A stretch of DNA of 64,000 bases, taken from positions 160,001-224,000 of the IMG/VR virus record IMGVR_UViG_3300035498_000371. The stretch is one strand, 5' to 3'. Below the pieces are notes generated by a model. It was given only the letters and a program-made list of their open reading frames with translations. It did not search any database and was not told where the DNA came from. Each line of letters opens with the position of its first letter. Position 1 is the stretch's first letter. Of the stretch, positions 27,404 through 36,054 are shown one piece after another. The position numbers were made by a program, and so were the translations under genes. Origin of the DNA: a virus (Duplodnaviria; Caudoviricetes).

Positions 27404-29258
27404 TTTAATAGAGAAGTTATATGTAAAACGTAAAAGCGCTTTTGAGTTTGACTATGATGCATTAATGGCACCACCAATATTAAGTATATTAAGCATTACC
27501 GATGTAGGAGATCTTAATCGTATTGCTACGAGTCTTAAATATAGTGGTAATATGGATAAAAAATATAAACTGATAGATGAAGTGATGACAAGGAGGGGAT
27601 TTAGAAAAGCCCATTGTGGAACTAATAGAGTAGTTTATAATTTCTTAGAGCTACCAACGTTTGTAGCCAAGGTAGCATTAGATAGAGTAGGAATGACAGA
27701 TAGCCCAGCGGAATTTAAGAATCAAGAATTCTTCAAACCATTTTGCTGTAAGATATTTGAAACAGATCCTACAGGGACGATAGCGTTTGTAGAACGTGTA
27801 AATCCAATATCTTCGAGGGAAGAATTTCTCTCAGTAGCAGATGATATATTTAATCTGCTTATTACCAAAGTAATTGGTAAATATGTTGTGGATGATTTAG
27901 GTTCAGATACGTATATGAATTTTGGTATTAGACAATTATCAGGAGGATGTACATTTGGACCAGTCATAATTGACTTTCCATATGCGTATGAATTAGATGG
28001 AGCCAAACTTATGTGCGCTAGAGATATAGACACTCCGTTTGGTAAAATAAAATGTGGAGGTGAAATAGATTATGATGCAGGTTTCAACCATCTAGTTTGT
28101 AGTAAATGTGGTAAAGTCTATACTGCAATGGATCTTAAGAAGAAAGATTGTAGTGTAATCATGTTTGGAAAAAATAAGGAGGATTACAGAATGAGAACTA
28201 AAGTAGTTAGTGGCGACAAAGTTATACTTGACTCTGGCAGGGAAAGTGAAACTTATATTACTCAGGAAGAGTATTCTACTATTAATAATAATGGTAGATT
28301 GGAGGCTGGTAATATTTATCCTGTAAAGAAAGTTATAAAGAAAAAGTATAAGTCGGCAGAACAGAAGCGCAGAGATTTCCATACAGAGCTTCAGAAAAAG
28401 CATTTTAAGGAAGTAAAGGCAAATGAGATAACAAAGCCTATCCATGTAGCCAATCCAGTGAATTATGAACCTGAGACAGAAGATATGGAATATGGTACAA
28501 TAATTTCGGGTAAGGTTGTACCAGCGAGCAATATTACAAAAGAGATCGAGGAGAAAATACTACCAGAGCTCGATCAGAATTATGAACCATCAACACCGGT
28601 AGTTCCGGTTAATGATGAAGAGAAATCTGTTGTAGCAGAGGAGGACAACAGTCAGCAAGAAGAAATATCGCCAGAGATGGAAGCATTCGCTAAAGGGTAT
28701 GAGGATGAACTCCATAGAAGTATTGATGATGCTGATACAGATACTGCTACCAACGAGGGTACTGAAAATGAAGCGGAACAGTCTGATGATGCTGTAAAAA
28801 ACAGTACTGAAGATGATCAATCTACGGAATCAGAATATACAGATGATGAAGATCCTAGTGATAATTCAGAATACTTAGCAGAGCAGGCAGCTTCTATCGC
28901 TGAAGAATTAATCAATAACGCAGACTCAAGCATTGAGGCCAATGAGGAAATACAGTCTGAGGAACAGGTTAATAATGACGTAGATCTTAGCAATATAACA
29001 ACCGAAATGGTTGGTTCTGCTGTAGAGTCAGATTATCAGGATTATTCTAATTATATTCCTCCAGAAGAAGAGGAAGAAGAAAACACCGATGAAGAGGATT
29101 ATATAGATCCAAAATATGCGGATGAAATAGAGAAGTTTAATAGAACTTCTTCTAAGAAAAAGAATAAGAAAGATAAGAAACCATCAGCGAGAAACATCAG
29201 AAAGCATTCTAGTAGATATGCTGGGTATGGCGAAGATGACGATATGTCAGAGTACTAA
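27390..29258 (+). CDS. Protein-kinase-like protein with zinc ribbon and acidic tail
   Basis: GTNRVVY, VAKVA, AEF, VERV, DDLG..NFG, IIDF; CGG...CSKC; D/E-rich C-terminal half. Confidence 0.65.
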   Translation: MSRVSLIEKLYVKRKSAFEFDYDALMAPPILSILSITDVGDLNRIATSLKYSGNMDKKYKLIDEVMTRRGFRKAHCGTNRVVYNFLELPTFVAKVALDRVGMTDSPAEFKNQEFFKPFCCKIFETDPTGTIAFVERVNPISSREEFLSVADDIFNLLITKVIGKYVVDDLGSDTYMNFGIRQLSGGCTFGPVIIDFPYAYELDGAKLMCARDIDTPFGKIKCGGEIDYDAGFNHLVCSKCGKVYTAMDLKKKDCSVIMFGKNKEDYRMRTKVVSGDKVILDSGRESETYITQEEYSTINNNGRLEAGNIYPVKKVIKKKYKSAEQKRRDFHTELQKKHFKEVKANEITKPIHVANPVNYEPETEDMEYGTIISGKVVPASNITKEIEEKILPELDQNYEPSTPVVPVNDEEKSVVAEEDNSQQEEISPEMEAFAKGYEDELHRSIDDADTDTATNEGTENEAEQSDDAVKNSTEDDQSTESEYTDDEDPSDNSEYLAEQAASIAEELINNADSSIEANEEIQSEEQVNNDVDLSNITTEMVGSAVESDYQDYSNYIPPEEEEEENTDEEDYIDPKYADEIEKFNRTSSKKKNKKDKKPSARNIRKHSSRYAGYGEDDDMSEY

Positions 29259-29328
29259 AATAATGCACGGGGGAATTTAGTTTCCCTCGTGCTTATTTAT
29301 ATTTTTTATTTTAAGGAGGAACTAAATA

Positions 29329-29907
29329 ATGATGACAAACAGAGAGTTGCCAGTAAAAGGAGAAATATTCAAGCATTTTAAAGGTAATCTTTATCAGATT
29401 ATTGATATTGCTTTACACACCGAGACTGGAGAATACATGGTAGTTTATAAAGCTCTGTACGGAGATGGCGATGTTTATGTAAGACCATTCGAAATGTTTA
29501 TGAGCGAAGTAGATCATGATAAATATCCAGAAGTCACCCAGAAATATAGATTAGAAAGAGTATTTGACAAGAAGAAAGTTTATCCTGTTATTACATTGTG
29601 CGGTTCTACCAAGTTCAAGGATGTATTTGAAGAGCAGCGTAAGAAACTTTCTCTTGAAGGTTATGTAGTTATCTCTTTAGGAACATTCGAGCATTCTGGA
29701 GATAAAGAGGTATGGGAAGGAAAGCCTGAGGGTACTTATACCGAAACAAAGAATATGATTGACGATATGCATTATCAGAAGATAGATATGGCTGATAAGA
29801 TAATGGTTATTAATGTCGGCGGATATATAGGCGAATCTACAGCTAAAGAAATTGAGTATGCTAAACTCACCGGAAAGGATATATTATATCTTGAAGAAAG
29901 GAGTTGA
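29329..29907 (+). CDS. DUF1653 domain fused to a nucleoside-deoxyribosyltransferase-like (DUF4406-like) domain
   Basis: KHFKGNLY...[15 protein letters not shown]...VRPFEMF, then ITLCGS...KIDMAD...[14 protein letters not shown]. Confidence 0.7.
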   Translation: MMTNRELPVKGEIFKHFKGNLYQIIDIALHTETGEYMVVYKALYGDGDVYVRPFEMFMSEVDHDKYPEVTQKYRLERVFDKKKVYPVITLCGSTKFKDVFEEQRKKLSLEGYVVISLGTFEHSGDKEVWEGKPEGTYTETKNMIDDMHYQKIDMADKIMVINVGGYIGESTAKEIEYAKLTGKDILYLEERS

Positions 29908-29913
29908 TCAATT

Positions 29914-30582
29914 ATGTTCAACGGTCATACAATGACAGTGATAACTGATTTGAATTTAATAGCAGATCAAATCAATAATATTGATTTCGTTACAGTGGCA
30001 GCAATTACTGGAAGTGGGAATTATCCAAATCATCCAAATATTTATAATGCCAGCATTCTTATGCCACCAACAGAGATCCTTATGGCTTGGTCAGATGGTA
30101 ATGATTTGATTATGCAGAATGAATATCCTGCATACTTGAATTGTAAAGAGCCAGATGATATGATTGTTGCTCTTATAGCAGCAATGACGAAAAAGAATAT
30201 TGTCTTATATATTCCTATGGATGAATTCATGGTATATGGAGAAATGCTACTTAACCATATTTATTATACGTATGGAATTACGTGTAATTTTGGTAATGCT
30301 ATATTTAGCGTTAATCCATCTAAGATTCCATTCATTATCAGTAAATTCTATCTGATAGACGTAATGACTCCAGATGATTATTTAGCAATGTACCCGCCAA
30401 ATCAACCATTACCGCAGTTTGTTATTAACAAGCTTGCAATGGATTTACGTCCATTTGCTGGACCAGCAACATTTGTTGATTATGAAATCTATTTTAATAA
30501 TCTTAATATGCAGAAAGGTCAACAGCAAACTGGACCAGTAAATATGGTTAATATGGTAAGAACGGTAGGCGATAAACAATGA
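29914..30582 (+). CDS. Hypothetical protein
   Basis: ORF with SD; weakly similar layout to the next gene. Confidence 0.5.
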   Translation: MFNGHTMTVITDLNLIADQINNIDFVTVAAITGSGNYPNHPNIYNASILMPPTEILMAWSDGNDLIMQNEYPAYLNCKEPDDMIVALIAAMTKKNIVLYIPMDEFMVYGEMLLNHIYYTYGITCNFGNAIFSVNPSKIPFIISKFYLIDVMTPDDYLAMYPPNQPLPQFVINKLAMDLRPFAGPATFVDYEIYFNNLNMQKGQQQTGPVNMVNMVRTVGDKQ

Positions 30583-31106
30583 TTGTATTTACAGACAAAA
30601 TAGAATTAGTTCAAGTGCTCTCCCAGGTTCATCCTGGGAGGCAAATTATTATAATGAACTTATCGTCATATAAGAGTGGCTACTATGATATAACACCGCT
30701 GATTACTAATATATCTCCTATTAATAATACTCAGATGCCAGCATATGAATTCGTTGATTCTATAAGCTTTGATATGCAATATGCAGCAGCATTGGAAAAC
30801 AATTTTACCATGTATCAGTGTATGATGCAGATGGTTGTTAGATCCTATGAAGGCTATATAGTTGTAGTGCTTGTTTATAGAGATCCATATAGGGATGCAA
30901 TTATGGAATCTTTAATTAAGTATATACAGCAAAAATATGGTCATAACTGTTGGGTGGTAGAAGACATAGATGATTTAATGTACATTAAAGACGAATCATT
31001 TACTCCAATGGGTATTAAATACATCGATGATGATATAACGAGATATAATGATCTATATTCTAAAGGTCAAGTACCAGCATTGTTAGAGCCAATTAATATG
31101 GAGTAG
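30579..31106 (+). CDS. Hypothetical protein
   Basis: ATGA overlap with the previous gene; followed by a hairpin. Confidence 0.5.
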   Translation: MIVFTDKIELVQVLSQVHPGRQIIIMNLSSYKSGYYDITPLITNISPINNTQMPAYEFVDSISFDMQYAAALENNFTMYQCMMQMVVRSYEGYIVVVLVYRDPYRDAIMESLIKYIQQKYGHNCWVVEDIDDLMYIKDESFTPMGIKYIDDDITRYNDLYSKGQVPALLEPINME

Positions 31107-31182
31107 GAAATCCTACTCCATATATCTTTTGGATTATATATTATAATTTTGTAAGAGTAAATAGAAATGGAGGTAATAAAAT

Positions 31183-31794
31183 ATGTTTACATCTCTTATT
31201 ATTAATGATAAGGCTTATTTCTGTACTGATGAGATTAAGCCAGGAACAAACTTAATGGTTTGTGTTGCTAAAGGAAAAGAAGACGATTACATTATGATGC
31301 AGGCTAGTAATGACGAGGATAATAATGTAATCATGGCATTTAGTTCTAAGGAATATGCCAACAGGGTGCTTAATGAAGTTAATGCAGTTTATGAGGAAAT
31401 AATAGAAGTTAATATGACTAATATGAATACTCCTGCGAGGATTATTGTAGATATTGATACTCAGAACGATAAGGGTTCTGCCATCATTCAATGTATCTAT
31501 AATGAGATCCATAATAATGATGAATATGCTGCAGCTTACTACGAGAATGCATCTTTGTTTGCTACAGTAATGGGACCAATATTGGCAACAAGGTACGATG
31601 ATGAAGCAGAAACAGCGAAGACTATAGTAAATACCGTCTATAGCTTCTGCTTAATGTATTCAAATATCGTTGGTTCTATTGCTAAAGATGTAAATCCAGA
31701 ACAGATTGATGGATTAATTAAGCAGTTTGAAGCAATGGAGTCATCTAAGGAAGAAGGAATGGAAGATGATGAAGACGACAGTGAAACAGATTAA
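31183..31794 (+). CDS. Hypothetical protein
   Basis: GGAGG SD; TATATTAT upstream (31137-31144). Confidence 0.5.
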   Translation: MFTSLIINDKAYFCTDEIKPGTNLMVCVAKGKEDDYIMMQASNDEDNNVIMAFSSKEYANRVLNEVNAVYEEIIEVNMTNMNTPARIIVDIDTQNDKGSAIIQCIYNEIHNNDEYAAAYYENASLFATVMGPILATRYDDEAETAKTIVNTVYSFCLMYSNIVGSIAKDVNPEQIDGLIKQFEAMESSKEEGMEDDEDDSETD

Positions 31795-32167
31795 TATTTT
31801 AGACAAAGTCTTAGATAAAGAATATTGGTCATATATGTCTGAAAGGTTTTATTACACTGGGCACATGTATCATGGTTCGCCATTTGAAAGTGATGATAAT
31901 TGTGGGACATGTGACGGTGCTAGATGTGAAACCTGTAAGAAGGTTATAATACCAGCAGGGATTGAATGCTCTGTTGAATCCGATGAATTACTGCAGATAG
32001 TAATAGATCTTGGTATGCCGGAGGATATTGCTCAGAGTGCAGTATTTGACGATTTCTATAATTCTAGAAAGACAGGATTGGATATACACTTTCCAACATG
32101 GCAGGAGTTCAAAGAAAAATATCCTGAGAAGTATGAGGAAGTTGTAAAAGCTGTTGGTAAAAATTAG
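31766..32167 (+). CDS. Cys-rich hypothetical protein
   Basis: CGTCDGARCETC; followed by a terminator hairpin. Confidence 0.5.
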   Translation: MMKTTVKQINILDKVLDKEYWSYMSERFYYTGHMYHGSPFESDDNCGTCDGARCETCKKVIIPAGIECSVESDELLQIVIDLGMPEDIAQSAVFDDFYNSRKTGLDIHFPTWQEFKEKYPEKYEEVVKAVGKN

Positions 32168-32257
32168 CCTATAGGCGGAGATTATTCTCCGCCTAAATTT
32201 TTTGTCGTAAATAGGCCTCTTGGAAACATTGATATAAATGAAAGGAGGTTAAACCAT

Positions 32258-32947
32258 ATGATAACCCAAAATGAATTGGACAAGATTGTCCAAAGACTAC
32301 AAAATAACGAAGAAGTTTATTTGTATTATGCAGCTCATTGTGTTGAACTGCGGGAAGGCATACTGGATGAAACTATATATAAGTCAGTTAATAGGTTTAG
32401 ACCTATAAAAGTAAAAATCACTGGAGTGCAAAATGCTTATTTTGAATTATTAAGATTCTTAGAGCACCCACAAGATTTCCATACTGAAACTGAGGAAGAG
32501 TATTACGACGTTAATACAAAATATATTCATTATTATACGGTACCGAATACTCTAGGTCCATATCCTAAAACATTTACTGCTATGATGCCATCCATCGTTT
32601 ATGGATACAGAAGAAAACTATACTATAAAGATGGAACTTCTAAAGAGTTTAATGACCCATCACCAGTAGTGCCAATATACACCAATAATCCAGAATACGG
32701 AGATTACACATCTACTACATTAAGTTCTGCATTAGATAATGGATCTCTAGACTGGAAATATATGAAAGTTGAAGATCCGATAGAAGATGATGGAATATTG
32801 TATTATTATATTACGTCAGACTATTATATATTGGATATAGAAAACTTTCCAAGAACTGAGAAACCATTAATAAATACAAAACAAAAATGTGCTTATTTTT
32901 TAAACTTATGCGATTGTCTTAGCTATATAAAGCAATTGGAGGCTTAA
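32258..32947 (+). CDS. Hypothetical protein
   Basis: AAGGAGG SD; promoter at 32225-32237. Confidence 0.5.
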   Translation: MITQNELDKIVQRLQNNEEVYLYYAAHCVELREGILDETIYKSVNRFRPIKVKITGVQNAYFELLRFLEHPQDFHTETEEEYYDVNTKYIHYYTVPNTLGPYPKTFTAMMPSIVYGYRRKLYYKDGTSKEFNDPSPVVPIYTNNPEYGDYTSTTLSSALDNGSLDWKYMKVEDPIEDDGILYYYITSDYYILDIENFPRTEKPLINTKQKCAYFLNLCDCLSYIKQLEA

Positions 32948-32949
32948 TC

Positions 32950-33126
32950 ATGTTTAGTGCAATTTGCCCATACTGTAATGGGGTTAACGTACTAATGGAT
33001 AAAAACATAGATGAGTTATACAAAAACAAATCAACCTTTCTTAGATGCAACTCATGTAATGAAATATTTATCGTTAAAGTAACAGATGGCGAGCATAGAT
33101 TTATTAGAGAGGAGCAGTGTAAATAA
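32950..33126 (+). CDS. Small zinc-ribbon protein (58 aa)
   Basis: GGAGG SD; CPYC...CNSC; TAATG overlap with folA. Confidence 0.55.
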   Translation: MFSAICPYCNGVNVLMDKNIDELYKNKSTFLRCNSCNEIFIVKVTDGEHRFIREEQCK

Positions 33127-33611
33127 TGAAAGCTATAGTAGCAGTTGATAAAAATTGGTCAATTGGAAAAGATAATCAACTATTGTTTAAGATACCTGAA
33201 GATATGAAATTCTTTAGAAATCTTACTACAGGAAATATTGTTGTTATGGGTAGTAAAACATTTGAATCTATTGGTAAACCATTACCAAATAGAGTAAATA
33301 TGATTCTTACTAGATTGCCAAGAAAGTATGGCGATATAGAGAATGTGGAAGCATATAGTAAAGATGATATGGAAAGGATTCTTAGATTAGAGAAACATGT
33401 ACCTATCTTTATAATCGGTGGAGAATCAGTATATAACTTATTTATTGATGAAGTGGATGAGATTTACGTTACGAAGCTTGAGAAAGAATATGATGCCGAT
33501 AAGCACTTTATTAATCTAGAGGCAGACCATCGGTTCAAAAAAGCTGAAGATCTTCAAAATGGTGAATATGAAGGTTCTAAGTTTACCATTTCACGTTGGA
33601 TTAGAGCTTAA
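33126..33611 (+). CDS. folA: Dihydrofolate reductase
   Basis: IVAVD, IGKDN, EDMKFF, VMGSKTFESIGKPLPNR, IIGG. Confidence 0.95.
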   Translation: MKAIVAVDKNWSIGKDNQLLFKIPEDMKFFRNLTTGNIVVMGSKTFESIGKPLPNRVNMILTRLPRKYGDIENVEAYSKDDMERILRLEKHVPIFIIGGESVYNLFIDEVDEIYVTKLEKEYDADKHFINLEADHRFKKAEDLQNGEYEGSKFTISRWIRA

Positions 33612-33658
33612 AATTTTTATTGGCGATATATTATATTAGTAATGAAAGGAGGTTAAGT

Positions 33659-34480
33659 ATGAATAAATCAAAAGAATTATATGAATATATAAATTATACA
33701 GCAGATATTTCATATTTGACTAATACATTCATTACTGAATATGATATATCGAAAGCCAATATTAATGTATTATATCTTAAAGGAGTTATAGATAAACCAA
33801 CGTATGATTACCTGTATCAATCAGAACGTATGGTAAGGCAGAAATTTGTTGGTATGCTTCAAAGAGATAATAAAGAAGTAACAAAAGCTTTACAATCTGG
33901 AATTATAGAAGCTAAAAAAGCTTTATTTGAAGCAAATGATATTCAAGATCATGAAATATTAATGATTCTTAATGATGCAGTTTTTGTGATTAATAGACAA
34001 TTACAGAACACAAACTTCGGCATGATTCAATTCATGCCAAAAAATATTTATACATCTTTCTATAGAGTGAATACTCCAATATGCAAAATGGATATGCTCT
34101 ATTATTATAGTAATATCAATAAAGAAGAATATCTTGATATAAAAGGATTATCTGATAATGTATTACCATTGCATGAAAATGCATTCTATCAAGCATTAAA
34201 AGATATATTCTATTCTGTACAAATAGATGGAGTTGAAGTAGCAATGAGGATGCTAAAAGATATCTATATGCAGTATATAAATCTTCAGCTTCCAGTAGAG
34301 TATTATAGAAAGTTTGATAATGAATCTCAATATCATTTCAAATTATTCAGTCGTCTCTCTACTGGTTATACGATATCTCAGATAGATGATAGTATAAAAC
34401 CAATGCTTGATATTACTTATAATTTACAAATCTTATTAGAGATTCAAAAGATTTTAGTATCATTATATTTCAATAGATAA
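33659..34480 (+). CDS. Small family-B DNA polymerase-like subunit (palm only)
   Basis: EYDISKAN (motif A-like) and ILNDAVF (motif C-like); no exonuclease domain. Confidence 0.5.
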   Translation: MNKSKELYEYINYTADISYLTNTFITEYDISKANINVLYLKGVIDKPTYDYLYQSERMVRQKFVGMLQRDNKEVTKALQSGIIEAKKALFEANDIQDHEILMILNDAVFVINRQLQNTNFGMIQFMPKNIYTSFYRVNTPICKMDMLYYYSNINKEEYLDIKGLSDNVLPLHENAFYQALKDIFYSVQIDGVEVAMRMLKDIYMQYINLQLPVEYYRKFDNESQYHFKLFSRLSTGYTISQIDDSIKPMLDITYNLQILLEIQKILVSLYFNR

Positions 34481-34506
34481 AGAGAGTAGGGATATCCCTA
34501 CTCTCT
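34481..34506. terminator. Bidirectional terminator
   Basis: Perfect palindrome AGAGAGTAGGGATATCCCTACTCTCT between convergent genes. Confidence 0.75.
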
Positions 34507-34527
34507 ATTTCTTGTGTTAATTATTTT

Positions 34528-34980
34528 TTATTCTGCTTTAGCATTTCCGCCATTTTGTGTATTGAAATCAATTACAAACTGAGTTATAACCAGATAAATA
34601 TGCTGACCTAAAAATTTACCAATATAATCAGTATTGTAAATATATGATAATTTGGTAAGCAACGTAGGCGATAACTGTTCTGGTATTTCGTTTTGAATTG
34701 TTTCTATCATTTCCTTTTCCATCTTCGAGTTAATATAATAAATACTCTTAGATGTAATATTAAGTATTGTATAGATATTCAGAGCATCCATAATGATGTA
34801 ATCAAGATGATTAAGAATCTCATCCTCCTTATATTCTACAGTCATTATTGGCTGCATAGATTCAAGTCTATTCTTTTCTTTTAGTTGTGTTATTAGAGTA
34901 TTTAGCAGTCCAACTATAGCTATAGCGATTATAGCAAAAAAGCAAATAATAATGATTCCAATTATTGTGTAAGTATTCAT
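34528..34980 (-). CDS. Membrane-anchored hypothetical protein
   Basis: GGAGG SD before MNTYTII; N-terminal TM helix. Confidence 0.55.
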   Translation of the reverse strand: MNTYTIIGIIIICFFAIIAIAIVGLLNTLITQLKEKNRLESMQPIMTVEYKEDEILNHLDYIIMDALNIYTILNITSKSIYYINSKMEKEMIETIQNEIPEQLSPTLLTKLSYIYNTDYIGKFLGQHIYLVITQFVIDFNTQNGGNAKAE

Positions 34981-35075
34981 GTGAATTCCTCCGTTTTTTA
35001 TTTTTTTAATATAAAGTTCCCGAAACATTACAAATTAAAAGGAAGGGTGAGATTTCTCTCACCCTTTTCTTTTTT

Positions 35076-35738
35076 TTAAGCTACATAAATTTGCTGTTGC
35101 GGTTGAGGCATTCCATAATAAATACCATTATATCTCTGCCAGCTTATAATGCTATCTCTAGCTTGAATAAGCATTGGATTGTATGAGCCTCCATATTGAG
35201 CTTCCTGTTTAATCTGTAACAGTATAGTGAATGATATATCAAGAGTCATACCATCTAGATAATTCATAATGAAGTATTCAGGAAATCCCCAACATTGAGT
35301 TGTAGATATAAAATCTGCAGGGTTTGCATGATGCATTTGATGCTGAGTTTTTGATAGCATAATTACATCTAACCAATGATTTCTATGAGCCCATTCTAAG
35401 TGTTGTACTACATCAAATGTGGTGCAATATCCTACAGTATTTAGAAGATGCTCTGTAATCATTATTGTAGCTTGCTTTAGTGTAGGAAGATTATGATGCA
35501 TTTCTATGGTAGCCATATCTGACGTAATGGCTGGCATATTTTGATCTCTATCTAATCCTAAACCCATTACAAATGATTTGTAATCTTTATAGAATCTAAG
35601 TTTCCTAAAATTGTTTTCACAAGAATATATAAATCTTGAATATATATCCGTATCGATTAATGTATCCCTGGTTTGAGCAAAGTATATTGCATTGGGATGA
35701 TCTGGAGAATCAATCATAGGGTTTACAGGTCTATCCAT
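35076..35738 (-). CDS. HNH-like jumbo-phage protein (paralog of 23941-24735)
   Basis: IEMHH...LSKTQHQMHH; promoter at 35757-35769 (minus). Confidence 0.5.
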   Translation of the reverse strand: MDRPVNPMIDSPDHPNAIYFAQTRDTLIDTDIYSRFIYSCENNFRKLRFYKDYKSFVMGLGLDRDQNMPAITSDMATIEMHHNLPTLKQATIMITEHLLNTVGYCTTFDVVQHLEWAHRNHWLDVIMLSKTQHQMHHANPADFISTTQCWGFPEYFIMNYLDGMTLDISFTILLQIKQEAQYGGSYNPMLIQARDSIISWQRYNGIYYGMPQPQQQIYVA

Positions 35739-35827
35739 AAAATCACCTCCTATTTATTATACTAATGTTTCGCCCTTTATAATGAAGCTTTTAAGATTAT
35801 TCTATTAGGAGAAAGGAATGATGCTTT

Positions 35828-36004
35828 ATGTATAAAAGAGATGAAGTTCTTGAAGAAATTCATGATGAAGAAGGAAGATTAATATATCAAAGAATGAGCG
35901 ATGGTTATATTGAAAGAAATACTTATGCAGCAAATGGTAAACTAATCAAACAAGATATCACATATTCAAATGGCATTCGTGAAGTAGAGCATTATAAAGG
36001 GTAA
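35828..36004 (+). CDS. Small YD/RHS-repeat-like protein (58 aa)
   Basis: AAAGGA SD; HDEEGRLI and YAANGKLI repeats. Confidence 0.45.
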   Translation: MYKRDEVLEEIHDEEGRLIYQRMSDGYIERNTYAANGKLIKQDITYSNGIREVEHYKG

Positions 36005-36054
36005 AAATTCTATATCTGCACATACTAATAATTCTAAACAAGTAAAGGAGGGAT

